DNA from: Salisapilia sapeloensis CBS 127946
Taxonomy: Eukaryota > Protista > Oomycota
Assembly (NCBI GenBank): GCA_023334545.1
Contig: JAADVB010000136.1
Coordinates: 1-50,327 of the forward strand
DNA: 50,327 nt
Reading direction: 5' to 3'
Below the pieces are notes generated by a model. The model was not told where the DNA came from. It ran no database searches and worked only from the letters and a program-made list of their open reading frames with translations. The translations under genes and the position numbers were made by a program. This document shows, in pieces, positions 20,073-30,278 of this stretch (its first letter is position 1; each line of letters starts with the position of its first letter).

Positions 20073-21500
20073 ATGGACGGATCGAGGCGACGCATCCGAC
20101 ATGAGGAGTACGCCGTCTCTGGTCCTCTACCAGAGTATGAAGAAACAATCTCATCTCAGGGTGCGATGCACATTAAGATTCGGCCCAGACGAACGGATGA
20201 GCATCTCTCTGCCAAGAAGCACGTAGCCAGTGCTTCCCATCATGAGAACGACGCCTACCTCGATCGATTCGAGAAAGCGCACGAAGAGCTTAATCCCACT
20301 TCAAACCAGACTACTCCATCGAAGGAATTGCGTCAGGTATCACGTCCACAGTCAAAACGAAGTGAACCACACGCTACACCGCCAAAAGAGTCCGAACGAC
20401 CGTTCGAGATCCAAGATACCGCATCCGACTCATGGACGTCTGGCCCCGCCAACCCGGAAGGAAGCTTGCATAGCGTTTCTAATCAACCTCTACTATGCAT
20501 GGACATCAGTGCGGATAAGTCTGAGATTGTTGTCGGCTCTAGCGACCATGCACTGTACGCGATACCGCTCACGAGTCAAAAATCAATTCGAGCTTCCCGA
20601 CCTCGAACACTGTACACGAAAGCTTTTGGCCACACAGAATGGGTCACTTGCGTAACGTACTTGCCTGATCGAAGGATTGTATCTGGTGGTATGGATAGCA
20701 AGTTGTGTCTATGGGATGCCACAGGTGCCCGTTGCGAAGACCTGCTTGGTCACAGCGGCTCCGTCTCCTTTGTGCATCACTTTGGTAACGACACGGTTCT
20801 CAGCGGTGGATACGACAAGTGCATTCGCGTTTGGGACATTGGAAAACGTACATCGAAGCGTCAACGTGAAAAGTCTGTCGTCAAAGCTGGCTCAGCTCCA
20901 TTGCTCGCTGCATCCATCGTACCCACCTCGGAGGTTGTAGCTGTAGGAGACAGAGATGGTAGTATACATGCCATCGACTTAAAAAGTGACCGTGTAGCTT
21001 GGCGTCAGAAGCAAGCACACAAAGGTCACGCTACAAGTATTCTGAGTCGCAAGGAGAATGTCATTGCGTCTGGAGGGCAGGATGGAAAGGTTTGCATGTG
21101 GGATACGCGCCAGAAAGCTTGTCTGTCGTCAAAAGCACTGCATGTGGATGCGACATCCGGCAAGCAAGGTGCTGTAGGATTCATCCTGCACTCGGAGCTG
21201 GATGAACACGTGATCGTGACTGGTGGGGCGGATGGAAGTGTCAAGGTGGTGGATGTGAGGGAGATGAAAGTAGTGCACGACTGGCATGAACACCAAGACT
21301 TTATCTATTCACTCCATCTATATGGTAATCTGTGCTTTAGTGGTGCAGGTGATGGGATGCTGCATGCCCATGACATGACGACAGGAAAGCTTTTGTATGG
21401 ATTGGGCGCGAATCAAGCGGCTGTCCGAGCAATCGGTACGACTCCGACGCAGTTGATCGCGTCTGGAGATGATGGCGGAGTCCTGATTTATGACATGTAA
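20073..21500 (+). CDS. WD40-repeat (beta-propeller) protein with disordered N-terminus
   Basis: Repeated GH...WD motifs (GHTEWVTC...SGGMDSKLCLWD; GHSGSVS...SGGYDKCIRVWD; GH...SGGQDGKVCMWD), about seven blades. Confidence 0.88.
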   Translation: MDGSRRRIRHEEYAVSGPLPEYEETISSQGAMHIKIRPRRTDEHLSAKKHVASASHHENDAYLDRFEKAHEELNPTSNQTTPSKELRQVSRPQSKRSEPHATPPKESERPFEIQDTASDSWTSGPANPEGSLHSVSNQPLLCMDISADKSEIVVGSSDHALYAIPLTSQKSIRASRPRTLYTKAFGHTEWVTCVTYLPDRRIVSGGMDSKLCLWDATGARCEDLLGHSGSVSFVHHFGNDTVLSGGYDKCIRVWDIGKRTSKRQREKSVVKAGSAPLLAASIVPTSEVVAVGDRDGSIHAIDLKSDRVAWRQKQAHKGHATSILSRKENVIASGGQDGKVCMWDTRQKACLSSKALHVDATSGKQGAVGFILHSELDEHVIVTGGADGSVKVVDVREMKVVHDWHEHQDFIYSLHLYGNLCFSGAGDGMLHAHDMTTGKLLYGLGANQAAVRAIGTTPTQLIASGDDGGVLIYDM

Positions 21501-21543
21501 CACTCGAAAGACTTTTCATTTGCATGTACGTTGATTCTTTTGC

Positions 21544-22031
21544 TTATGTACTGGTGGCATCCGTGCTCGACATCAAGTCCCCTGAGACGATCGGGATGGG
21601 AGCTGCCGTCGGATTAATCATGTCTACTCTACTCTTTGTGATTTGCAAAGCTGGTGTGATCCACGTCCCACAGGAACATTGGGAACCTGCCCAGTGGAAG
21701 GAGCCGAGTCGTGACTGGCATTTGGGTGTCGGGCACCTGATTTTGCCTTCTGCAACATCCGTGTCATCCATCCACGGCAACGTTTCTTCAAGAAACAGCG
21801 ATGAACATTCCGTCCCGGCGCGACTACCTTGTCCAACGTCCTTTTGTTTCTACATGCGTACCTGTTAACACTCTTTTGTTCCTCTGAAGAAGCATAGATA
21901 GAAGCTACTCGTCTCATTGAAATCTGATGTCTCTCGCGTGTATGTTCCATCAGGTCACTGGAACTAAAGAGCCTTGTCCGGCATGCCCGGCAGGCAAACT
22001 CCATCTTAGTCTCCTCGCCAGTATTCGCCAT
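21544..22031 (-). CDS. Stand-alone YVH1/DUSP12-type C-terminal zinc-binding-domain protein (no phosphatase domain)
   Basis: Exon 22031-21909, intron 21908-21850, exon 21849-21544 give FACRACRTRLF...EH...CSSLFLEETLPWM...EGKIRCPTPKCQSRLGSFHWAGSQCSCGTWITPALQITKSRVD, the YVH1 zinc-binding signature. Confidence 0.85.
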
Positions 22032-22176
22032 CGTGTATCGTGTAATGTATCCCAACTGCTGCAACACTGAAAAGAAAGTTGTAGGAAGGTTTCTTTAAAG
22101 AAAAGACAAGAACAAAAGACAATACAAAGCGAGTACATCCTCCTACCTCTTGCTGCTACCCAAGAAGACATCTAGG

Positions 22177-24593
22177 ATGAAGAAACTGGTGATCAAACCG
22201 TATAGACAGAATATGGGCATGGATGCCACTCGAGCGCAAGAGATCTGGACGTCTTTGCGTAGTGCTATTCATGAGATCTTCTCCCATAATGCGAGTCAAT
22301 TATCCTTTGAAGAGCTCTATCGGTACGATCTTTATCAGAGAATCTATAGTTACTTGCATTTATAGGTGAGGTTTGTATTGCGTAGGAATTCGTACAACCT
22401 GGTGTTGCACAAACACGGAGATTTACTGTATAATGGCGTGATTGATGTAATCACGGAGCAGCTGCAGGCGACATCGTCCGAGGTCGCTGGATCGTCGGAT
22501 GAACTACTTCTGGTCGTCCTCTACCAGAAATGGCATGACCACAAACTCATCATGACCATGGTCCGAGATATTCTCATGTACATGGTACGTCCTCACATCA
22601 GTCTGCCTCTTTCCATCACTTGGATAGTAGATTCGCATGTATCACCCAACGATATCGTATTTGAGTTCCAATCTACTCGCACATAACTCTTTCTAGGCAT
22701 GTTTCTGACTTTACTCAATGCTAGGATCGTACGTACGTCAACCAGAAGCGAAAGACACCAGTGTACGACGCTGGGCTGCTCATCTTTCGAGACCATGTCG
22801 TTCGTAATTCTCAAATCCGAGACCGTCTTCGCTCCCTCCTCTTAGAAAACGTCGCTCGAGAACGTCAGGGAGAAGTGATCGACCGGAATCTCATGAAAAG
22901 TGTGCTCCAGATGCTCGTCGACTTGGGCATCCACTCCACATCCGTGTACGACCAGGACTTTGAAACGTACTTCCTCGACCAGACGCTCGAGTTCTATCGT
23001 CACGAAGCACAGACATTGTTGGATGAAGCAACGTGTCCCGAGTACCTCGCTCGAGCATCGCAGCGCCTATCGGAAGAAGCGAATCGAGTGACGCACTACC
23101 TTCACAAGAGCACAGAACCAAAGCTAAAGAGTCTCGTGGAGACGCAGCTGATCAAGCACCAAGCATCTGCACTCGTCTCGATGCCATCGTCTGGCTGCGT
23201 CGCACTTTTCCGAGAGAAAAAGACCGACGCGTTGCGTAAAATGTATTCCTTGTTCCGTCGCGTCCCGTCGACGTTGCCCAGCATCAGCGACTGCGTCTAC
23301 AACTACATTGTCGACGCCGGACATGCCTTGATGGAAGCTCAGAAAGACCCAGAGGTGGCGCTAGGTGCCTCTGCCTTTGTGGACAAACTCCTCGGTCTTC
23401 GTTCGACATTCGCAACGTTCCTCTCGGACTGTTTCTACGACGATAGTGCGTTCCATAAAGCCATGAAGCAAGGTTTCGAGGCGTTCATGAACCCTCCTGG
23501 CGTCCCACTCTGTGCTGCTCTCCTGGCAACATACTTGGATGAACTCTTACGATCGAAAATGAAGATGGAGCAAGTGGATTTAGACGCGAAAGTCGTCCAA
23601 GTCATTGCTTTATTTCGATACTTGGAAGATAAAGATGTGTTTGAAGACTTTTATAAGAAACTTTTGGCTAAGAGACTACTGCAGCATCGTACGACGTCGG
23701 AAGAGAGCGAACGGACGGTCTTGGTGAAACTCAAGGCCGAGTGCGGATACCAGTTCACGAGCAAGTTGGAAGGCATGCTCAACGACGTGGACGTTTCGAA
23801 AGACACGATGGAGCAGTATCGAGAGTTTGTAGGTAAGCGTAGTCTGGCGTTAAACGCACAGGTGCTCACGAGTGGCTTTTGGCCGAGTGAAGTACGCAGT
23901 TCTTGTGTCTTGCCACAGGAGATGCAGGACATGGCGACGTCGTTTGAAACGTACTACTTGTCTCGACATAATGGACGCAAGTTGGAGTGGGCTCCTTCGC
24001 TCGGAAACGTCGACGTGAAGGCTGTGTTAGGTGGGAAGAAGGTGGAGCTAGTCGTCACGACCTACCAAGCTGTCATCTTGGATGTATTCAACGGTGGAGA
24101 TGCCTTCGGACTGGCAGAGCTCTTGGATCGAACGAGGATTGAAAAGGCAGAGCTGAAGCGACACTTGATCTCACTTTGTACGCCCAAGTGCCGAGTGCTC
24201 TTGAAGAGCTCAAAGGCGAAGAGGATTGATGAAGAGACGGACGTTTTCTCCGTCAACGATGCGTTCAAGAGCAAGTTGCATCGAGTCAAAGTGCCCCTTG
24301 TGTCCCAGAAGGAAGAGTCGCTGACCAAAGCATCGGGAGGCAAGGTGGATGGGATGCTGCCACCGACTGTGGCGGAAGACCGGAAGCATCTGGTGGAAGC
24401 AGCGATCGTCCGGATCATGAAGACGAGGAAACAGTTGCAGCATAATGAGCTCATGTCGGAGGTGACGAGACAGATGAGCGGAAGGTTCCAGCCGACGCCG
24501 CAGCTGATCAAACTCCGGATCGAGAGTCTGATTGAACGAGAGTACTTGGCACGAACGGCGCATGACCGACGTGTGTACAACTATTTAGCCTAG
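22177..24593 (+). CDS. CUL3: Cullin-3
   Basis: Introns 22323-22385 and 22585-22724. N-terminal LSFEELYRNSYNLVLHKHG is typical of Cul3. Also present are the cullin homology block DKDVFEDFYKKLLAKRLL and the neddylation site IVRIMKTRK. Confidence 0.93.
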
Positions 24594-24872
24594 GCTTGAG
24601 ACGTATTTAGTTGTGCCGCATGGAATAAACTCAGTAGCTACCGTACGAGGACAGTTCGTTTGTATCTGGTCTTGCCATCACCACGTTCCAAGATGGATTG
24701 GTACTAGTTTAGGTTATAGCTTGTAGCTGTAGCATACAACGTGACGGCGATACAGTCGGAGAAAGCACCTGTTCGCACGCTCAAACGAACCTAAAGCAGT
24801 ACCTAGGTCGCCCGACGTGGATAAAGCATAGAAAATCGCATTTGGATCGATTGATGCCTGCGACGATCAAGT

Positions 24873-26800
24873 ATGCGTATTCGACACGTGCAATTGACGC
24901 CACAACCTTTTAACAAGGACGCGAGGTTCGCTGGTCAAGTGGTGGATGGAGCGATATGCTCGTCGACACGTACGTCGTGGCGACTTAAAGCGTCGCGATG
25001 GAGCTTGTCAACCAACTACCTATGGCTTTTGCTCTGCAGTCTCAGCTTTTTCATTGTCTTCACGCGCGCAACTGCCACACCCGTACCTAATAAACACGCG
25101 ACGGACTTGAGTCAAGACTCACCGGACGTCGCGACGGAGCTGGAGCAGACGCAGTGGTACATTGTCTTGACCAGCATCCCAGTGAAAGACAAAGTCATGC
25201 CGCTACGTCTCTTAGCGATGGAGCTCCTTCGTCGAGGCCATCGTGTCAGCTTTGCTCTACCAGCAGTATACTTGCTCCCTATCGTACTATTCCGACGCAC
25301 GACTAAGTTCTATGTGAATAGCACTGCTGGAAGTGGGTGGAGGATGTGCCTAGAATGAAGTTTATTGCTCTAGATCATCCGTACAAACCTCCTCGATCGA
25401 GCTACGGCGAACAAGAGCTGCTGGAAGGAGATCCGTATGAAAGTTATATGCAGTCTTTAAACTATTACGCAGCCTACCACCCTACCATGTATGAACCTCT
25501 CAAGCTGGTCTTACGGATGGAAAGACCAGATCTCGTTGTACTCGACAGACACACCTTCGCAGCCTACGACGTCTGTCATGCCCTCGGAATCCCATACATT
25601 GTCCACAGCAGCTCCATGCTCTTGGATGTAGATAACCCACCAGCACACGTCCCTCCTCCCTTCTCCAACATATCCATGCACACCACGAGTGCTTTTGACC
25701 GGTGTACGTTTTGGTATAGACGCCTCCGCTATCGTCTCCTCTTCTTTCGCCTGATGATCCAGTGGCATACAACCGGAGTAGATCCATTATACTCTGAAGG
25801 CCGCCTGCATAACCATCAAGCCATGCTCGTCCAGTCAGCCTTTGGGCTAGAACACGCTCGACCGATGTCTCCTCACGTCCAGTTCGTCGGGTCGTACCAC
25901 CCTACCCAAGTTTCCAGTCGCAAAGTCGACGCAACTTTTGAAGAGTGGCTCGTCGGGACGAATCCGCAAGCGATCATCTTCATCCAGTTCTCGACCGATC
26001 TGTCCATCACGTCGCATTTTGTTATGGCCATTGTACACGCTCTTCTTGTTCTTTTGTTTTAATCCTTGTTGACGTGTAAAATAGATGAGTGCGCTGGAAA
26101 CCTTAAATGCACATCTCGTGTGGCAGATATCGTTGAAAGAGGAAGCAGCATTTGACCTGGGGTCGAGAGCGAGAGAGACTTTATACTTCCTAGGACATGA
26201 TGTAGACCTGTATACTCTGTGGAAGAATCCGCACTTGTCCATGGTCATCACTGGAGGCGAGGCTTCTGTCACGATGGATGCACTCGTGGCTGGAGTACCT
26301 GTCCTAGGCCTACCATTCACTGCAGAACAGGTCATTTTAATGGGTTTTATCTGTTTTCTTTGCTCTACTGATTGAATGTGTAGTTAGAAGTGGTCAATGC
26401 AGTCGTTCGAGAGGGAGCTGGGAGTAAACTGGATGCGTCGACTGCCACGCCGGAAGAGATTCGAGACGCGACGCTGAAGCTCGTGACGAATGAAGTGCCG
26501 TTCGCACATGCCAAGCGATTGGGGGCTATCCTTAAGTCGGCAGGTGGAACGAGCAAAGCGGCGGATGTGATCAAGTCTGTTCTGGAGATGCACAAGTCTG
26601 CGGATTTCGTCTCGCCGGTCAAGAGCAACCAGCCTCTGTACAAGTCGTACTTGATGGATGTATACTTTGTCTACGGTGCGATCATGTGCTGCTCTCTCGT
26701 CATGCTTCGTGCCTTCTTTACGATGATGGTGGCACTCTTGCAGCCACTGCCACCACTTCCGATGGGGGAAGAGGTGGAACATGCGAATAAAAAGGAATAA
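24873..26800 (+). CDS. UDP-glycosyltransferase family 1-like membrane protein with degenerate catalytic motifs (4 exons; start uncertain)
   Basis: Spliced frame contains IPVKDKVMPLRLLAMELLRRGHRVSF, RPDLVVLD, PRPMSPHVQFVG-like and VITGGEASVTMDALVAGVPVLGLPFTAEQ blocks, an N-terminal hydrophobic segment and a C-terminal TM helix. Introns at 25266-25321, about 26033-26084 and 26331-26383. Confidence 0.8.
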
Positions 26801-27372
26801 GATACTCGGAGGGCATCCTTACCACAAACGAGTACGATTGACTCTATCTTTCTATGTTGATAGACATGTAGGCATCGGCTCATGACACTAGGAAGCGAAT
26901 ACAAGACATGATCTTTAACAGGGCAATGTTTTTTAAGACCTTGTAAAGTAGCCATGAGTACCCTTCTGTCAACCACCGCTTGCTATATATCTAAGAAATA
27001 GAGTATCTACTGGGATTCATTATGGGCATCTGAGTTTATGTTCATGCTGGCATGTACTTCTCTGTTCACCTCAAGCTAGATATGACTTAAAAACATGATT
27101 CAGGTAGTACTCATCGGCTTATACACGACTAAAAAGTATCTTTACAAAATTTGATGACATGCTAGGTCTCGTGTCTTTGGTGACTGCGAATTCGTTACTG
27201 CACTACCTTGACGCGAATAAAAGTACATGAAGATATTGCTTAAAAAGTAGAACGATATGAACGTTATATATCTTGAACCACTTATCATCTACTTCCCAAT
27301 TGAGATCCCATACGACCGCAATCATCCATACACTCCATCGGAAACGTATCACATACGACAACCGATGACTTT

Positions 27373-29832
27373 CTAGGCAGCAGTAGAGAATTGGTTAAAG
27401 TTGAATTTGAGCGACGCGAGAAGACTATGGACACTGTCACGAGCGGTTGCTTCGGCATCCTGCGTCTCAGATGCCTTAGTCTGTTTTCCTCTCAGTTCTG
27501 TCAAAGCCAAACAAGCTGCTTCAGTTGCCTTTGCCGCTTTAATCATATTATCCAGCGTCATGGAGCCATCTCCCTTCTCATCGTTTGTTCCGGAAGTTCC
27601 ACCCGTCGGAGACGTAATCTCAATTGTGCTCTCAACATGCTCCTCTGCCATACTACAAACGTCGTTTCCATCCGAATCAGGTCTTTGCTCATTATACTCG
27701 GTGGTAGGAGTGCTAACTGCATCAAGACCGCTTGTCACCTCCCTTTCTTCCTCTCCGTCATCTACCTCAGACTCCTCATCAACATGCATGTCTGTCGCTT
27801 CCTCGTTGCCATCAGTATTATCTACGTCTTGCACCTGTGTTTCCTCGGTATGGTCTTGAGCATCATCTACCGAACACTCCCCAATATTCTCCTGTCTCTC
27901 CTGTATCGCCTCTGTATCCTGCTCTCCACCACCATGCTCCACCTCTTGAGTACTTTCCACCTCTGCATCCTTCTCTATTGTAGACACATCCTCCTTCTGA
28001 GAAGTGCATGCAAGCAGTAGAGAATGACATTGAGGACTGAACTGCACAATCAGCTTGTAGAGAAGAGCTAGCGCCTGCACATCAAACACCAGTCGCTTCA
28101 ACTCACTCAACAGGAACGCATACCCTCGCTTATTATCAAAGAAAGAATCTTGTAGAAACATGATCCCGACCGCGACGCAAGCACTACGTAGCGTAGAGGC
28201 TGTGAATTTACCGAAATAGTAGCACGCTTGGTTCGCCATGTCTCCTTCCAAGTCCCGTAGACCTGACAAGACTTCTCGAGGAGACGCTCGGAGACGCCCA
28301 CTCGGGACAGGTGGCAGTGCAATCTGTGCGTATCGAACACGAGTCTGGTCTTTCAGGATGCGATAGAGGTGATTCCGAACGTCCTCCAAGGTCACCAGAG
28401 ACGCCGGATCGTCAGTGTGGATAGCGTAGAGTATGTCTTTGGCAGATCTACCTTCATCCGACATGGCTTCGATCCATGCCTTTTGCCTGTCTGTAAGATG
28501 ACGGAAGCAAGGATGGTTCCGTGGATCCGTAAAAGGTTCATGATTGTGTCGAGAAGTGATGGGGACAACATACCACTTGGTGCTGTTGAGCTGGAGGAGG
28601 TTGTATTGGAATGGACAGTCGCAGTGTTTCGTCTTCCGCGGACGAACGGGTGTGTAGTAATTTGTAGGACTACAGCGGTCACAAACCACCGAGGCGCTCG
28701 ATAATTCGCCATTCGCGTCTCGCTTACGACCGCGCAGACGAATGCCATAGCCTGCTTTTCGAGCATGAGCAAGACACGCACTATACGCTTCCTCAAAAGT
28801 GCTGAGCGGATCGAATACCGGTGGATCCATGCTGTGTCGACTCTCCTCGAGAGACAGAGAAGGATTTGACGTAGACTCTGCAGTAGCGTTGACGGCCGTT
28901 CTAATGGACTCTGCGGGTTCATTGGACGTGTCTTTTTTCTCTTTGGAAGCCCTATTGGAACTAAACCTTGTGGTGACGTCGACATGTACATTTAGTGACT
29001 TGTCTGTTGTCAAAGCTTCTGCAGGCGTGTCGGTGGACACTTTGCGTTGATTGGAGCTGTCTTCACTCTCGTTCGATACTAGATTAGAGCTAGACTGTGG
29101 GGCATTGTCTTCATCAACAGTATGTGGCCGATTTGTCGTCGAAGCGTCTGCATGTGCGTCAGTGAAGTCTCCTACTTGGTTGGACGACTCTGGCTCCTTT
29201 TGAGATGCTTCATTGGAGCTAGAATTAGTAGCAGTGCCTTCCTGTACATCTTGTTCCCGGTGTGCAGACGAAGCAAATACTGTGTTCTCCGTGTACTCTT
29301 TCGGCTCACTGCGCGTGTCACCATTGCCTTCAGATGCAACATTAGATGTGTCTCCATCCTCTTTGGATAGTCCATTGAAACTAGACCGTGTGACGGTGTC
29401 TTTGTCTGCATCCTTTGGCTGATTCATCGTCATACCAGGTGTCGTGCTTTCAGTAAACTCTTCTAGTTCCTCCGCCGTGCCTTTGCTTCTTTTGCACGCA
29501 TCATCTCTAGTAGATTCTGGAGTAATATGGCTACCTGCATCTTGTGACTGACCTGCCGTCGAAGCCGATGCCGAGTTTTCAATGGACTCTTTCGTTTCAT
29601 TAGGCATTTCTTCAGTCACTTTCGATGGTCCATTGTATGTGCCTTCAGTTTCTTTGAATGCTCCATTGGAAGTAGGCTCTTTAGTAGTGTCTTTGCGTCC
29701 ATTTTGTGGCTGGCTTGTCGTCAAAGTCGATCCTGTGCTCTCCATGGCATTGGAAACAGCAGACGTAGGTGAAGAAAAACGACTTTTTCTTGTCTTCATC
29801 AGATACTGAGTGTCCATTAGACCAAAGCACAA
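27373..29832 (-). CDS. FAR1/MULE-type (WRKY-GCM1) zinc-finger protein lacking a MULE DDE domain; candidate domesticated transcription factor
   Basis: 819 aa open frame. Central FEEAYSACLAHARKAGYGIRLR...VVCDR...KTKHCDCPFQY...WYVV...RHNHEP...HPCFRHLT...EDVRN is the N-terminal DNA-binding module of fungal-type MULE transposases and FAR1. It is flanked by long acidic/Ser-Thr disordered regions. Confidence 0.72.
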   Translation of the reverse strand: MCFGLMDTQYLMKTRKSRFSSPTSAVSNAMESTGSTLTTSQPQNGRKDTTKEPTSNGAFKETEGTYNGPSKVTEEMPNETKESIENSASASTAGQSQDAGSHITPESTRDDACKRSKGTAEELEEFTESTTPGMTMNQPKDADKDTVTRSSFNGLSKEDGDTSNVASEGNGDTRSEPKEYTENTVFASSAHREQDVQEGTATNSSSNEASQKEPESSNQVGDFTDAHADASTTNRPHTVDEDNAPQSSSNLVSNESEDSSNQRKVSTDTPAEALTTDKSLNVHVDVTTRFSSNRASKEKKDTSNEPAESIRTAVNATAESTSNPSLSLEESRHSMDPPVFDPLSTFEEAYSACLAHARKAGYGIRLRGRKRDANGELSSASVVCDRCSPTNYYTPVRPRKTKHCDCPFQYNLLQLNSTKWYVVPITSRHNHEPFTDPRNHPCFRHLTDRQKAWIEAMSDEGRSAKDILYAIHTDDPASLVTLEDVRNHLYRILKDQTRVRYAQIALPPVPSGRLRASPREVLSGLRDLEGDMANQACYYFGKFTASTLRSACVAVGIMFLQDSFFDNKRGYAFLLSELKRLVFDVQALALLYKLIVQFSPQCHSLLLACTSQKEDVSTIEKDAEVESTQEVEHGGGEQDTEAIQERQENIGECSVDDAQDHTEETQVQDVDNTDGNEEATDMHVDEESEVDDGEEEREVTSGLDAVSTPTTEYNEQRPDSDGNDVCSMAEEHVESTIEITSPTGGTSGTNDEKGDGSMTLDNMIKAAKATEAACLALTELRGKQTKASETQDAEATARDSVHSLLASLKFNFNQFSTAA
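28921..29691 (-). repeat. Degenerate coding tandem repeat, six units spaced 129/129/162/129/162 bp
   Basis: 60-bp cores begin at + positions 28921, 29050, 29179, 29341, 29470 and 29632. Manual alignment gives 42/60 identity for 28921 vs 29341, 40/60 for 29632 vs 29341 and 38/60 for 29050 vs 28921. The peptide core resembles DxxxxSSNxxSKExxDTSN. Confidence 0.75.
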
Positions 29833-30278
29833 ACTACAAGAGGAAGTTACTTTGTTCAGAATAGATGGAGCAATGGAATCGCCGTCGTAGACTGATGCCG
29901 TGATGAAATGGTCTTGGATACATTTTGATAAGCGTCGATTTAGCTCTGAGTATACGCTATACTTTGATTCATTATAAAAGCTATTCTACGTCCAATTTGC
30001 TCATAGTACATGGCAACTCTGCTTTCGACGAAGACATGTATGCAGAAGATACCTGCGCGTACATGCTATCTACTCGATATCAGTCGACTACCGAACCCAA
30101 GTCTCTAGAGCTGAGTGTACATCAAATACTCTGCTGCATAAACACAAATACTCTTGTGATCAGCTTCGACAGTGTTGTAAAATAGCATAGAAGACGTACA
30201 AATAGAGCGTTTCCCGCCAACTTGACTCCATTTCATCCTTCGACCGGCAAGAGCAGACGTTGTACTCCAGTAGTTCAC

